From: Hyphomicrobiales bacterium
GTDB taxonomy: Bacteria; Pseudomonadota; Alphaproteobacteria; Rhizobiales; NORP267
Assembly: GCA_021775875.1 (NCBI GenBank)
Contig: JAJFHA010000027.1
Span: 21,599-85,598, forward strand
Length of the DNA: 64,000 bases
Reading direction: 5' to 3'
Below the pieces are notes generated by a model. The model was not told where the DNA came from. It searched no databases and worked only from the letters and a program-made list of their open reading frames with translations. Every line of letters starts with the position of its first letter. Within the stretch, counting starts at the first letter, position 1. This document shows positions 52,101-61,614 of this stretch, piece by piece. The position numbers and the translations under genes are program-made.

Positions 52101-53666
52101 CTAATAAGCGTTTTCGGTATTGAGAAGTGAAAAAGGCGTCATGAGCAGGATGTGAAAATCAAACAACAATGACCAATTTTCAATGTAATAAAGGTCATGC
52201 TCGACCCGCCGATGGATTTTTTCCTCGGTATCTGTTTCGCCGCGCCAACCGTTGATTTGCGCCCAACCAGTAATGCCGGGTTTAACCCGATGTCTGGCGA
52301 AATACCCGTCGACTACATTGCCATAAAGATAGTTTTTTGCCTTGGCATGCACGGCGTGGGGGCGTGGGCCGATCAGGGAAAGGTTGCCATGGAATACGAC
52401 ATTGAAAAGTTGCGGCAGTTCGTCGAGACTGGTTTTTCGTATGAACCGGCCAACCTTGGTGACACGATTATCGTTTTTTGTTACCAGCTTTGCTGCCGAC
52501 GCGTCTGACTGTTCCACATACATTGAGCGGAACTTGTAGATTTCGATCAATTCATTGTTGAACCCGTACCGCTTCTGTTTGAACAAGGCCGGGCCTTTGG
52601 ATTCCAATCGTACGGCAATTGCTACTGCCGCCATGACGGGAGCCAAAGTGATCAGCATCAACGTTCCGATGATACGGTCGAAAAGGGACTTCATCACAAA
52701 GTCCCAATCAGCCAACGGTTTGTCGAATACATCGAGGAACGGGACGTTGCCTATATAGGAATAGGACCGAGGCCGAAATCTAAGTTTGTTGGTGTGTGCT
52801 GAGAGGCGAATATCAACAGGCAGCACCCAGAGTTTTTTCAATAATTCGAGGACTCGGTTTTCCGCACGGATCGGTATTGATACGATCAACAAATCAATCC
52901 GTGTTTGGCGACCAAATTCTACCAATTCACTTACGGTTCCTAACTTTGGATAGCCGGCCACGATTGCTGGTGATCGGTCATCAGACCGATCATCGAAGAC
53001 CCCGCAAATACGAATGTCGCTGTCTTGTGCGGTTTCCAGAGCGGAGATCAGGTCTGCTCCGTTTTCACCGCCACCGACAATTACAGCGCGCCTTTCCAAG
53101 CGACCTTGCTTTGTCCAATGTCGAATAATTGCAGCGACCGCCATGCGACCTGCTATCAGAAGGAATAAACCAGCCAGATACCATGAGAGCAACCATACGC
53201 GGGAAAAACTGTCTCCCATTTTCAGGAAAAAGACACCGGCAACCGCAAGGGCCAAAGTGATGGTCCAAGCTGCTCCAAGGCGCCCGGCTTGCGCCAGGTA
53301 TTGTCGCAGAGACTGAAGGTTGTATAAATCGAATATCTGAAAAATAAGGATTGAGCTGGTTGAGATTGCTGAAGCCAGAGTCAGATAAATCCATATATTG
53401 GTTGGATCCTGCTGAAATACATATGCAAAATAGACCCCCATTCCGATAGCGAAAATCGAAATGAACTCGACCATCCGTACCAACCCGGTCAAGATCACTG
53501 GAGAAATGGCATCTACCACTTCCTGATCAGCAATTTTGCGTGCGAGTTTGCTTAGATGAGGAGTTGTTTTTGGGCTAATTCCACCTGAAAAACGCTCCGC
53601 GTCAGATATGCTGGCGGCAAGAATGCGTTCGGCTGTATCGCCGCTACTATTTTCAAACTGAACCAT
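52101..53666 (-). CDS. uppE: Undecaprenyl-phosphate hexose phosphotransferase (WcaJ/UppE-like)
   Basis: YKFRSM, DNRVTKVG, SLDELPQL, GPRPHA, KPGITGWAQING, DLYYIENWS; cluster layout matches Rhizobiales upp locus. Confidence 0.88.
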   Translation of the reverse strand: MVQFENSSGDTAERILAASISDAERFSGGISPKTTPHLSKLARKIADQEVVDAISPVILTGLVRMVEFISIFAIGMGVYFAYVFQQDPTNIWIYLTLASAISTSSILIFQIFDLYNLQSLRQYLAQAGRLGAAWTITLALAVAGVFFLKMGDSFSRVWLLSWYLAGLFLLIAGRMAVAAIIRHWTKQGRLERRAVIVGGGENGADLISALETAQDSDIRICGVFDDRSDDRSPAIVAGYPKLGTVSELVEFGRQTRIDLLIVSIPIRAENRVLELLKKLWVLPVDIRLSAHTNKLRFRPRSYSYIGNVPFLDVFDKPLADWDFVMKSLFDRIIGTLMLITLAPVMAAVAIAVRLESKGPALFKQKRYGFNNELIEIYKFRSMYVEQSDASAAKLVTKNDNRVTKVGRFIRKTSLDELPQLFNVVFHGNLSLIGPRPHAVHAKAKNYLYGNVVDGYFARHRVKPGITGWAQINGWRGETDTEEKIHRRVEHDLYYIENWSLLFDFHILLMTPFSLLNTENAY

Positions 53667-53783
53667 TGTTACTCAAACCCAAACAATCACGTTCAGAAAT
53701 TACAAAAAATCAATATAAAAATTCTTAATAAATCTGATTTTTTTAAATGGATTCAAGTGGCTGTCGAGTGATGATTTATTCTG

Positions 53784-54890
53784 CTATTTTTTGTAAAAAT
53801 CCAGGATTTGAGCAGTCATATTAATTGCCGAAAAGTTCTGGCTGATCCGCGCTTGCAATTGTTGACTGGTTTCATTGCAAAGATCTGGTGATTCCAGATA
53901 GCGCTTCATCTGAGCCGCCAGTTTTGCTGCGTTACCCGCCTCGACCAGATTGGCCTTCAGCGGCCCAAAAATTTCAGGAATTCCACCGACATTGGTCGCA
54001 ATGACGGGGATAGCGGCTGCACCTGCCTCCAAGATTATATAGGGTAGCGATTCGTGTAACGATGGCACTATCAAAATGCGTCCAAGGCTAAACGCTTTGC
54101 GCGCCGGCATCGCTCCTGGAAACGATACTTCGGCTTCGATTTTCAAATCTTTGGCTAATTGAATAAATTTCTCGCGGTCTGGACCCGCACCAATAATCGA
54201 GGCCGTGACCCTGGTGCCGGAGTCGTGCAAGAAACGCATTGCTTCAAGCAATATTGCGACCCCTTTCAGGTCTCGCAATTCACCGACAAATACAAAATCC
54301 TTGGGGTTATCGGCCTGTTGAATGGGACTAAATTCGCTTTTTAGAATACCATTATGGATAATTTTTGAGGCGCAGGTGAGGGCACCTATACGAGTTTCAA
54401 AAATTGTCCGAGCATATTTGCTTTCAAAAATAATGCCATCAGAGCGAGACATTAGATATCGTTCGAGTGCCAGAAAAACAGCCCCAACAGGGGATGTTCG
54501 GGAATAATGCAAGCTTCCGCCATGGGGGGTATAGAAGCGCTTCGTGGATGTTCGCACCGATTTTGCGAGGCGGACATAGGCACCTCCCTTGGCACCATGC
54601 CCGTGCATGATGTCTACATCCCAATCGCGGGCGCACCGGGCGATATATCTGGTGGCTGAGAAATCTGAAAAGCCCGGCATACGTCCCATCGACAGGCGGT
54701 GAATGCCAAGGCTGCATTTGGATTCTAAATTCTCTAGTGCTTTATCAGCGTTAAAACCACCAGTCCCAGCATCACAAACAATACCAACTTGATGGCCGGC
54801 ATCAGCTAGTATTTCTGTCAAATCGCAGACATGGCGAAACAATCCTCCAACAGGAGCACGTAAACATTGCATAATCTTGAGGCCAGCCAT
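53784..54890 (-). CDS. Glycosyltransferase family 4
   Basis: RAPVGGLFRHV, HGHGAKGG, HGGSLH, ESLPYIILEA. Confidence 0.92.
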   Translation of the reverse strand: MAGLKIMQCLRAPVGGLFRHVCDLTEILADAGHQVGIVCDAGTGGFNADKALENLESKCSLGIHRLSMGRMPGFSDFSATRYIARCARDWDVDIMHGHGAKGGAYVRLAKSVRTSTKRFYTPHGGSLHYSRTSPVGAVFLALERYLMSRSDGIIFESKYARTIFETRIGALTCASKIIHNGILKSEFSPIQQADNPKDFVFVGELRDLKGVAILLEAMRFLHDSGTRVTASIIGAGPDREKFIQLAKDLKIEAEVSFPGAMPARKAFSLGRILIVPSLHESLPYIILEAGAAAIPVIATNVGGIPEIFGPLKANLVEAGNAAKLAAQMKRYLESPDLCNETSQQLQARISQNFSAINMTAQILDFYKK

Positions 54891-54908
54891 TCTGGGTTGG
54901 TCCCTAGA

Positions 54909-55469
54909 TTAAAAAAAGCGTTCGCTGATTGTAATGGTGTCCCCGGGGCGAACCGGGTGATTGGGCGCAACTTCACCGGATATGACGCGGCCGGTTACCT
55001 GGCGGTTGATGACAGCAGATCGTTGTTGGGCGCGGGGAGTGTAGCCTCCAGCAATTGCGGCGGCGGTTTGTACGGTCATCCCGATAACATATGGGAATTG
55101 GCCAGGATTTTGAACTTCGCCCAGAATGAAGAATGGACGATATTCCGCAACCTCAACAGTAACATCTGGATTACGCAGATACCTTTCGCCAAGTTGCGCG
55201 CTCAATTGAGTTTCAAACTGACGCAATGTCAGGCCGCGTGCCTGTATTGCACCGATTAGCGGAAATGCGACTTTGCCGCCGCCATCAACAGAATAGGTGT
55301 TGGAAAGGTCTGTTTGTCCAAAAACAACTACGCGAAGTTGGTCTCCACTATCCAGTTGGTATGCGTTTACCAAGCTATCGCGAAACGCTTGAGAAGGTTC
55401 CGGCGTCGAAGAGCAACTCGCCAGCAGGGCACCCACAAGGGAGATAATCAATATAATACGCTTACTCAT
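54909..55469 (-). CDS. Polysaccharide export lipoprotein (Wza/UppC-like)
   Basis: Lipobox LLASC, YQLDSGDQL, FPLIG, GEVQNPG, AGGYTPRA. Confidence 0.92.
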   Translation of the reverse strand: MSKRIILIISLVGALLASCSSTPEPSQAFRDSLVNAYQLDSGDQLRVVVFGQTDLSNTYSVDGGGKVAFPLIGAIQARGLTLRQFETQLSAQLGERYLRNPDVTVEVAEYRPFFILGEVQNPGQFPYVIGMTVQTAAAIAGGYTPRAQQRSAVINRQVTGRVISGEVAPNHPVRPGDTITISERFF

Positions 55470-55521
55470 ATTAATCGCCGTGTTTTCAATTTCAGTAATT
55501 CAAGATTAATATGACACGATC

Positions 55522-55570
55522 ATGGTTAATATTTTCTGTCATCGGTGGCCTTAATTATTCTGTTAACCAG
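55522..55570. promoter_or_regulatory. CtrA-like half sites in divergent upp promoter
   Basis: ATGGTTAA (= TTAACCAT reverse) at 55522-55529; TTAACCAG at 55563-55570 preceded by TAAT at 7-nt spacing. Confidence 0.35.
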
Positions 55571-55587
55571 TTAGTTACCGCAAAAGT

Positions 55588-57828
55588 ATGTACTGGGTTC
55601 AAGAAGCAGAATCAGGTCCGCACATGAACACATACGCAGCCACGCCCCATTTTACTGAGGTTGACCCACGACATCACGGCATTGCCAGCGATGGTTTATC
55701 GTTGATATCGTTGGTCAAGGCGTTGTGGCGCCGGAAATTGATTGTGATAATTCCGGTATTGGTCGTATTTTTGGGTACATTTCTGGTCCTTGCCAACACG
55801 GAATCCCGGTATACATCTACAGCGAGTATATTGGTCGATACGCCGCGGGCACCTTTTTCCAGACCCGACCAGGGAAATGACAGGGTCGACAATCCGGACA
55901 GTCTTGCTATTGGCAGTCACGAACAATTGTTGCTGTCGCGTGATTTGGCGCGCGAAGTCACTCTTCGGTATGACCTGGCCCAGGTTTCAGAATTTCAGCC
56001 GAGTGGTCGTAATCCCGGGTTCATCCGACAAATGATGATGCTGGTCGGATTGGCAAGCAATCCCGGAAACTTGACGGTTGAAGAAAAAGTCATCAGCAAA
56101 TATTTCTCCCGTCTTGTTGTTTCCAGAGTGGATGACTCTCGTGTCATCGAAGTGGCTTTTTCGTCATCTGATCCGGAACTGGCAGCTGAAATTGCTAACG
56201 GTGTAGTCGACAATTATCTGACTTCTTTACGGGAAGCCCGGCGGCAATCTACCAGCGAAGCAGCATTGTGGCTTGAAGAGCAGATTGAACAACTTCGCAA
56301 TAAAGTCGAAACAGCTGAAGCAATGGCGGCGAGCTATCGTAGCGAGCATGGCCTGTTGCGTGGCGCAAATGATACCACCCTCTCGAGCCAACAATTATCG
56401 GAATTGAACAGTCAGTTGATTCTCGCTAGGACCTCCAGGGCAGAATCTCAGGTCAGGGCGCAAATAGTGCGAGAAATGTTGGCATCTGGCGGGTCGCTGA
56501 GCAGCGCGTCTGATGTGTTGAATTCTCCATTGATACAACGGCTTCAAGAACAAGAAGTGACATTGCGTCGTAGTATTGCTGAGTTTTCTGCGACTTTGCT
56601 CCCGTCCCATCCGCGCATTATGCAGCTTGATGCTGAACTTACGGATCTTGGAAAGCAAATTCGTGCGGAGGGGCAGAAAATTGTCCAGGCGCTGGAGAAT
56701 GAAGCAGACATTGCCGGCGCACGTGAAAATGCGTTACGGGCAAATTTAAACTCATTGAGGCAAGACGCCGGTCGTACTGATAGTGATGCTGTCGAACTTC
56801 GTGCGTTGGAGCGCGAAGCTACAGCGCAACGGGTCTTGCTTGAGTCGTTCCTTGGAAGATACCGCGAAGCTACAGCGCAAACGCAACTTGAAGCTCTGCC
56901 AGTGCAGGCGCGTATTATCTCCAGAGCGGCCGTGTCCACAGATCCATCATTCCCGCGTCGACTCCCCATTTTGGTTATGACATCTCTCGGCACAGCATTT
57001 CTCGGGATTGCACTCATTTTCTCTACAGAACTCATGAAGGTTGGCGCTTCACTTAATGCTGGCCAATCAATTTCCAGGCACCCTGTGCCGGAAAATCTTG
57101 ATATTAGGCCCGTCACAGAACCTGTTCCAGGTGCCGGTGATGACGTAAATATCGTTCATGTTACAAGTGATTCTGGTGATCCGGACACAGTATCAGATGC
57201 TGTGCAGGCTGTAATCGGGGCCATTTACGGGCGCGTAAACCCCGGCGAAGCCTCGCGCACTTTTGTATGTGCGCCACAACGCCAAAGTCCGGATAATTTT
57301 TCTGCGCTGAATATCGCCCGTGGATTGGCTTTGGACGGGCATAAAGTCGTGGTGATTGATAGCAACATGCGGGCTTCGCGTTTGGCAATTCAAACGGGAC
57401 TGGCCGGAGCACCTGGTTTTTCCGATCTTTTGACTGAAACTCATGATTTTGTTGATGTGCTGCAACGGGATCCAATTTCCAGAGTTCACGTGATTGCCGG
57501 CGGGACCCATGTGCTTGACCCAGTCAGAATGATCCGCCACGACCGCCTGGAACAAATCCTGGATGCCCTTGAAGGGACCTATAATCATATCGTTATTGAT
57601 GGCCCACCTGTCTTATTAGCGTCAGAAGCCCATATTTTGGCGTCGTGCTGTGATGGCGCTGTCATAGTACCGGATACCTTGCCAGGCGGGCAAAAGATGG
57701 TTGAACGCACGCGAGACGTGTTGACTAATAATGGTCAACACCCAATCGAAATGATTGCTGCTTCTTCAAAAATTTCTGAGATGATTGTTGACCGGCATGA
57801 TCATGGAAGTCTGCTTGCCACAGCTTAA
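55588..57828 (+). CDS. Polysaccharide co-polymerase (GumC/Wzc-like) with degenerate kinase domain
   Basis: Two TM helices flanking a long coiled coil (HPRI, LRALEREA); cytoplasmic domain keeps VIDS and IVIDGPP. Start may be 55624. Confidence 0.88.
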   Translation: MYWVQEAESGPHMNTYAATPHFTEVDPRHHGIASDGLSLISLVKALWRRKLIVIIPVLVVFLGTFLVLANTESRYTSTASILVDTPRAPFSRPDQGNDRVDNPDSLAIGSHEQLLLSRDLAREVTLRYDLAQVSEFQPSGRNPGFIRQMMMLVGLASNPGNLTVEEKVISKYFSRLVVSRVDDSRVIEVAFSSSDPELAAEIANGVVDNYLTSLREARRQSTSEAALWLEEQIEQLRNKVETAEAMAASYRSEHGLLRGANDTTLSSQQLSELNSQLILARTSRAESQVRAQIVREMLASGGSLSSASDVLNSPLIQRLQEQEVTLRRSIAEFSATLLPSHPRIMQLDAELTDLGKQIRAEGQKIVQALENEADIAGARENALRANLNSLRQDAGRTDSDAVELRALEREATAQRVLLESFLGRYREATAQTQLEALPVQARIISRAAVSTDPSFPRRLPILVMTSLGTAFLGIALIFSTELMKVGASLNAGQSISRHPVPENLDIRPVTEPVPGAGDDVNIVHVTSDSGDPDTVSDAVQAVIGAIYGRVNPGEASRTFVCAPQRQSPDNFSALNIARGLALDGHKVVVIDSNMRASRLAIQTGLAGAPGFSDLLTETHDFVDVLQRDPISRVHVIAGGTHVLDPVRMIRHDRLEQILDALEGTYNHIVIDGPPVLLASEAHILASCCDGAVIVPDTLPGGQKMVERTRDVLTNNGQHPIEMIAASSKISEMIVDRHDHGSLLATA

Positions 57829-57874
57829 TCAATCTGCATTCCCATCAGAACGCAGGTTTTATTTTCGGATAAAA

Positions 57875-59095
57875 TTACCGGTTCTTGATCGATTGCAGCC
57901 ACAACGCCATCTTCAATAATTGTGATTTCTGTTTCACCATTCGTTTCAATCGCTGTGCGTAACTGAAAATGGTTGCGGAAATTTTTCCTTTAACAGAGAA
58001 ACCGAAATAAGTGTCGAACATGACGTCTGTTTTGTTGCACCATTGCTGCTTATAACCAGCTTCACCGATGCCCAGATCAAAAGACGTGAGTCCTCGTTCA
58101 GCGCAATCAAGGATCATGTGGTGTAACAAAGTGTCGCCAACGCTGTATCGGCTTGCTGGTCCAATATCAATTGAATTGAAAAAAGCGGAGAAGCGGTTTC
58201 CTGCAATTGCGCCGCCATAAATCGACAATATTTCACCGTTGATCAATAATGCGTGGAGTTCCAAAGGAGGTTGGTCTTCTTGCGGTGCGCGTGAAGATAA
58301 ATCTGTTAAAAACTCCCTGACTCCGGCTTCAGATAACGCGTCATATTTGCCTAACGATTTGAAGCGAATTTCTCGTAACTCAAAATGTCGTTCAAGGAAC
58401 CGTTCAACATCTTCTTTTCTGGTTGCTCGCTCAAACGTCAATTCGCCCATTTCGGATAGACGGCGCTGTTGCCAGCGAATTCTTTTGCGTGCGCGTTTGC
58501 TTTTTATATTTTTGAAATATACATCGAACCCTTCAGCAAAATCGGCCCAATAGCCATAACTGGGGGAAGCGTTTCTCTTCAGAGGCAGGAACGGGTTTTG
58601 TCGTCCGTCCCAGGTTTCAGGCTGATTCTGGAGGTGGATACCGTCAAAGGAAAAAATTTCACGGGCTTTTCTGAAAACTTCCAGAATGACTTGGCGATTT
58701 AAGTACGGCGCCCAGTCCAAGCGGTTGAGCCCCATATTATAATTTGCGTGCTTTTCACCAGCCCATGTCAGATGAGTACCCAATCTTGTAGTTTTGAGTA
58801 CAAATGGCCAGATGAATACGGTTTCGCCATTTTCGTCTTTTCCGGACATTATGAATGGTTGAAATCCGTGATCCTTTCCGAGATGTTTGAACCAGGATTC
58901 TACGAAATCAAATCTTTGATAACAGGAAATGGCGGTGTGAGTTTCAAATTCGCGCCAGATTTGTTCGACGTCTTCAAATGTCTGGAAAATACTGATTTCC
59001 GTCCGCAGATCTTCGATGGTTGCTGCATCGGCAATCGCAATTGTCTCTGAATGGTCTGTTTTGGGTGCCATGGAGTCAAGAAACGCGGTGGACAT
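57875..59095 (-). CDS. GNAT-family (CelD/BcsL-like) acetyltransferase
   Basis: HANYN, RYSVGDTLL, FDLGIGEAGYKQQW. Confidence 0.85.
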   Translation of the reverse strand: MSTAFLDSMAPKTDHSETIAIADAATIEDLRTEISIFQTFEDVEQIWREFETHTAISCYQRFDFVESWFKHLGKDHGFQPFIMSGKDENGETVFIWPFVLKTTRLGTHLTWAGEKHANYNMGLNRLDWAPYLNRQVILEVFRKAREIFSFDGIHLQNQPETWDGRQNPFLPLKRNASPSYGYWADFAEGFDVYFKNIKSKRARKRIRWQQRRLSEMGELTFERATRKEDVERFLERHFELREIRFKSLGKYDALSEAGVREFLTDLSSRAPQEDQPPLELHALLINGEILSIYGGAIAGNRFSAFFNSIDIGPASRYSVGDTLLHHMILDCAERGLTSFDLGIGEAGYKQQWCNKTDVMFDTYFGFSVKGKISATIFSYAQRLKRMVKQKSQLLKMALWLQSIKNR

Positions 59096-59216
59096 GAGCC
59101 TGAAAATCTCAATTATTTAAAAATGTAACCGGAAAAATGATTATGGCAACGAATTATCAAAAAAGTATTGGCATAATGGTTTTCGTTGAATCAGATTTGC
59201 AAATTAAGGTGCGCAC

Positions 59217-60263
59217 GTGAAGACGACTTTGATCAAAGTGGGCCTTGACGCTATTTACTTTTCGGGTGGGCACATTGCCATGCGCCCTTTTTGTCGTGGG
59301 ATTGGTGCCATTTTGACCATGCACCATGTGGTGCCACGAAAAGAAGCGCGATTTGCGCCGAACAATATCCTTGAAATTACGCCGGAATTTCTGGTCCGCG
59401 TCATAAAAATGGTCCGCCGAAAGGGGTACGATATTGTATCGCTGGATGAAGCCCACCGCCGGATTACAGCTCCTGATGCGCAAAAACCGTTTGTTTGCCT
59501 CACATTTGATGACGGATACCGCGATAATCTGGAAATTGCCTACCCGATTTTGCGGCGCAATGACGCGCCATTTGCCATCTATGTGGCAACAAGTTACCCG
59601 GACCGGGTTGGGGAATTATGGTGGTTGGCGCTCGAAGAGATCATTTCCAAATGCGACTATATCGGCGTTCTCATGGCGGGCGATCAGCAACATTTTTCAT
59701 CCCGGACGTTGGCTGAAAAGCAGGAAGTCTGGGATAAATTATATTGGTGGCTGCGTAATTTGCCGCAAAAAGAGCAGCGTCAGGTTATTCGCGATCTTTG
59801 TGCCCGATATGATGTTGATCTTGTCGCGATGTGCGAAAAAATGATCATGAGCTGGGATGAAATTCATAAATTGGCGTTTGATCCTTTGGTGACGATCGGC
59901 GCTCACACAGTCAATCATTTTGCCCTTGCAAAATTATCTGAAGCGGATGCCAGGGCTGAGATGGTCACCAGCGCCGAGATTATTTCGTCTTATATCGGCG
60001 AGCGGCCAAAGCACTTTAGTTTTCCTTATGGCGATCCGGGTTCTGCCGGACCTCGCGATTTCGAAATTGCAAAGGACGCCGGATTTTTAACGGCGGTTAC
60101 AACCCGCAAAGGCGTGGTCCATAAAGAATATGCCGATCATATGACCGCGCTGCCGCGGATTTCCCTCAACGGCAATTACCAATCGTTGCGCTATCTGGAT
60201 GTGTTTCTTGGCGGAACAGCGTTTTCGCTGAAAAACCGGATGCGGCATTTGGATATTGCCTGA
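59217..60263 (+). CDS. Polysaccharide deacetylase
   Basis: LTFDDGYRDN, IGAHTVNH, FSFPYG, AVTT, LPRISLNG. Confidence 0.92.
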   Translation: MKTTLIKVGLDAIYFSGGHIAMRPFCRGIGAILTMHHVVPRKEARFAPNNILEITPEFLVRVIKMVRRKGYDIVSLDEAHRRITAPDAQKPFVCLTFDDGYRDNLEIAYPILRRNDAPFAIYVATSYPDRVGELWWLALEEIISKCDYIGVLMAGDQQHFSSRTLAEKQEVWDKLYWWLRNLPQKEQRQVIRDLCARYDVDLVAMCEKMIMSWDEIHKLAFDPLVTIGAHTVNHFALAKLSEADARAEMVTSAEIISSYIGERPKHFSFPYGDPGSAGPRDFEIAKDAGFLTAVTTRKGVVHKEYADHMTALPRISLNGNYQSLRYLDVFLGGTAFSLKNRMRHLDIA

Positions 60264-60265
60264 AT

Positions 60266-60457
60266 TTAACGCCGCGACCAATTGATGATCCATTTAGCGG
60301 GCCAAATCCAGCCGATACCTGCGGCTGCGAAAAAAATCAATTGGATCAAGGCTGGTGTTTCGGTCGGCAGCCTGTCTGCGATGGTGACAACAATCCCGAC
60401 ATAGAGAATGATCATTATCAGTAACGTGGATATGCCAATTAACATGCGCATGAACAA
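60266..60457 (-). CDS. Small two-TM protein (DUF2842-like)
   Basis: RMLIG...QLIFFAAAGIGWIWPA; usual position between deacetylase and ctaA. Confidence 0.75.
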   Translation of the reverse strand: MFMRMLIGISTLLIMIILYVGIVVTIADRLPTETPALIQLIFFAAAGIGWIWPAKWIINWSRR

Positions 60458-60572
60458 TTCCTGTCAGGATGCGACGATGACGCGCCTTGATGAGTGAACG
60501 TCATCCAGTTAGATCAGGCTATACGGGATTGTAGGGACAGGTTCCAGAAATTCCGCGCCGTGGGCTGGATTA

Positions 60573-61613
60573 TTGGAGATAACGGGATTGCGTATTTGGC
60601 TTTTTGTTTTGGGTCTTCTGGTTTCTGTCATGATTTTGGTTGGTGGCGCGACCCGGCTGACAGATTCCGGTCTCTCGATTACCGAATGGCAATTGATTGC
60701 CGGGTTCATTCCACCGTTGAATGAGAGCCAATGGCTTGAAGCCTTTGGCAAGTATCAGCAAATCCCAGAATTCTCCATCATCAATCCGGATATGACTTTG
60801 GCTGGATTTAAATCTATTTACTGGTGGGAATGGGCGCACCGGTTTCTGGGGCGGTTCGTTGGAATTGTCTTCGTTCTTCCTTATCTTGGATTCCTGATCA
60901 GTGGGCAAATTGGTAAAGCGTTGAACCGGCGCTTGCTGTTTCTGCTTCTATTGGGTGCGCTTCAGGGCGGGCTTGGCTGGTACATGGTCTCCAGCGGGTT
61001 AGTGGACCGCGTAGATGTCAGTCAGTACCGGTTAGCAGCACATTTGGGACTGGCAATATTTATCCTCGCAGCGATCTGCTGGACAATCCTTAGCCTGTCG
61101 CGTTCCGGAAATGAGGGTTTTGATCAACAAGGACAATTTGGTGCGCTTGTCCTGGCTTTCCTGGTTTTTCTGCAAATTTTGCTGGGCGCTTTGGTGGCCG
61201 GAACCGATGCCGGATTGAGCCACAATACCTGGCCGTTGATGGATGGGAAAATTATTCCCGGTGGTTTGTTTGTTATGGAACCGTGGTGGCTCAATCTTTT
61301 TGAAAATGTGAGAACCATCCAATTCGATCACCGTATCGTGGCTTATCTATTGGTTATTGGTGCGGTTTGGCACGCAGTCGGATTGAGGGCGCGCAGGAGC
61401 GTAGCAGCTAAAACCGCGCTTTGGTTGGCAGGCCTCATTCTGTTGCAAATGACCGTTGGTATCTGGACACTGCTACAAGCCGTACCGCTGAACCTTGGCC
61501 TGTTCCATCAGGGCATGGCTGTTTTGGTCATGCTGATGGGGGTCATACATCTGCACGGCATTGCCGGGCGTCGCGACTCAGAACGGTTGCACTTTGGGAG
61601 GAAAAAATCCTGA
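60573..61613 (+). CDS. ctaA: Heme A synthase (COX15/CtaA)
   Basis: VGGATRLTDSGLSITEW, WEWAHR, GWYMVSSGL, QYRLAAHL, QFDHR, HQ. Confidence 0.94.
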   Translation: MEITGLRIWLFVLGLLVSVMILVGGATRLTDSGLSITEWQLIAGFIPPLNESQWLEAFGKYQQIPEFSIINPDMTLAGFKSIYWWEWAHRFLGRFVGIVFVLPYLGFLISGQIGKALNRRLLFLLLLGALQGGLGWYMVSSGLVDRVDVSQYRLAAHLGLAIFILAAICWTILSLSRSGNEGFDQQGQFGALVLAFLVFLQILLGALVAGTDAGLSHNTWPLMDGKIIPGGLFVMEPWWLNLFENVRTIQFDHRIVAYLLVIGAVWHAVGLRARRSVAAKTALWLAGLILLQMTVGIWTLLQAVPLNLGLFHQGMAVLVMLMGVIHLHGIAGRRDSERLHFGRKKS

Positions 61614-61614
61614 C

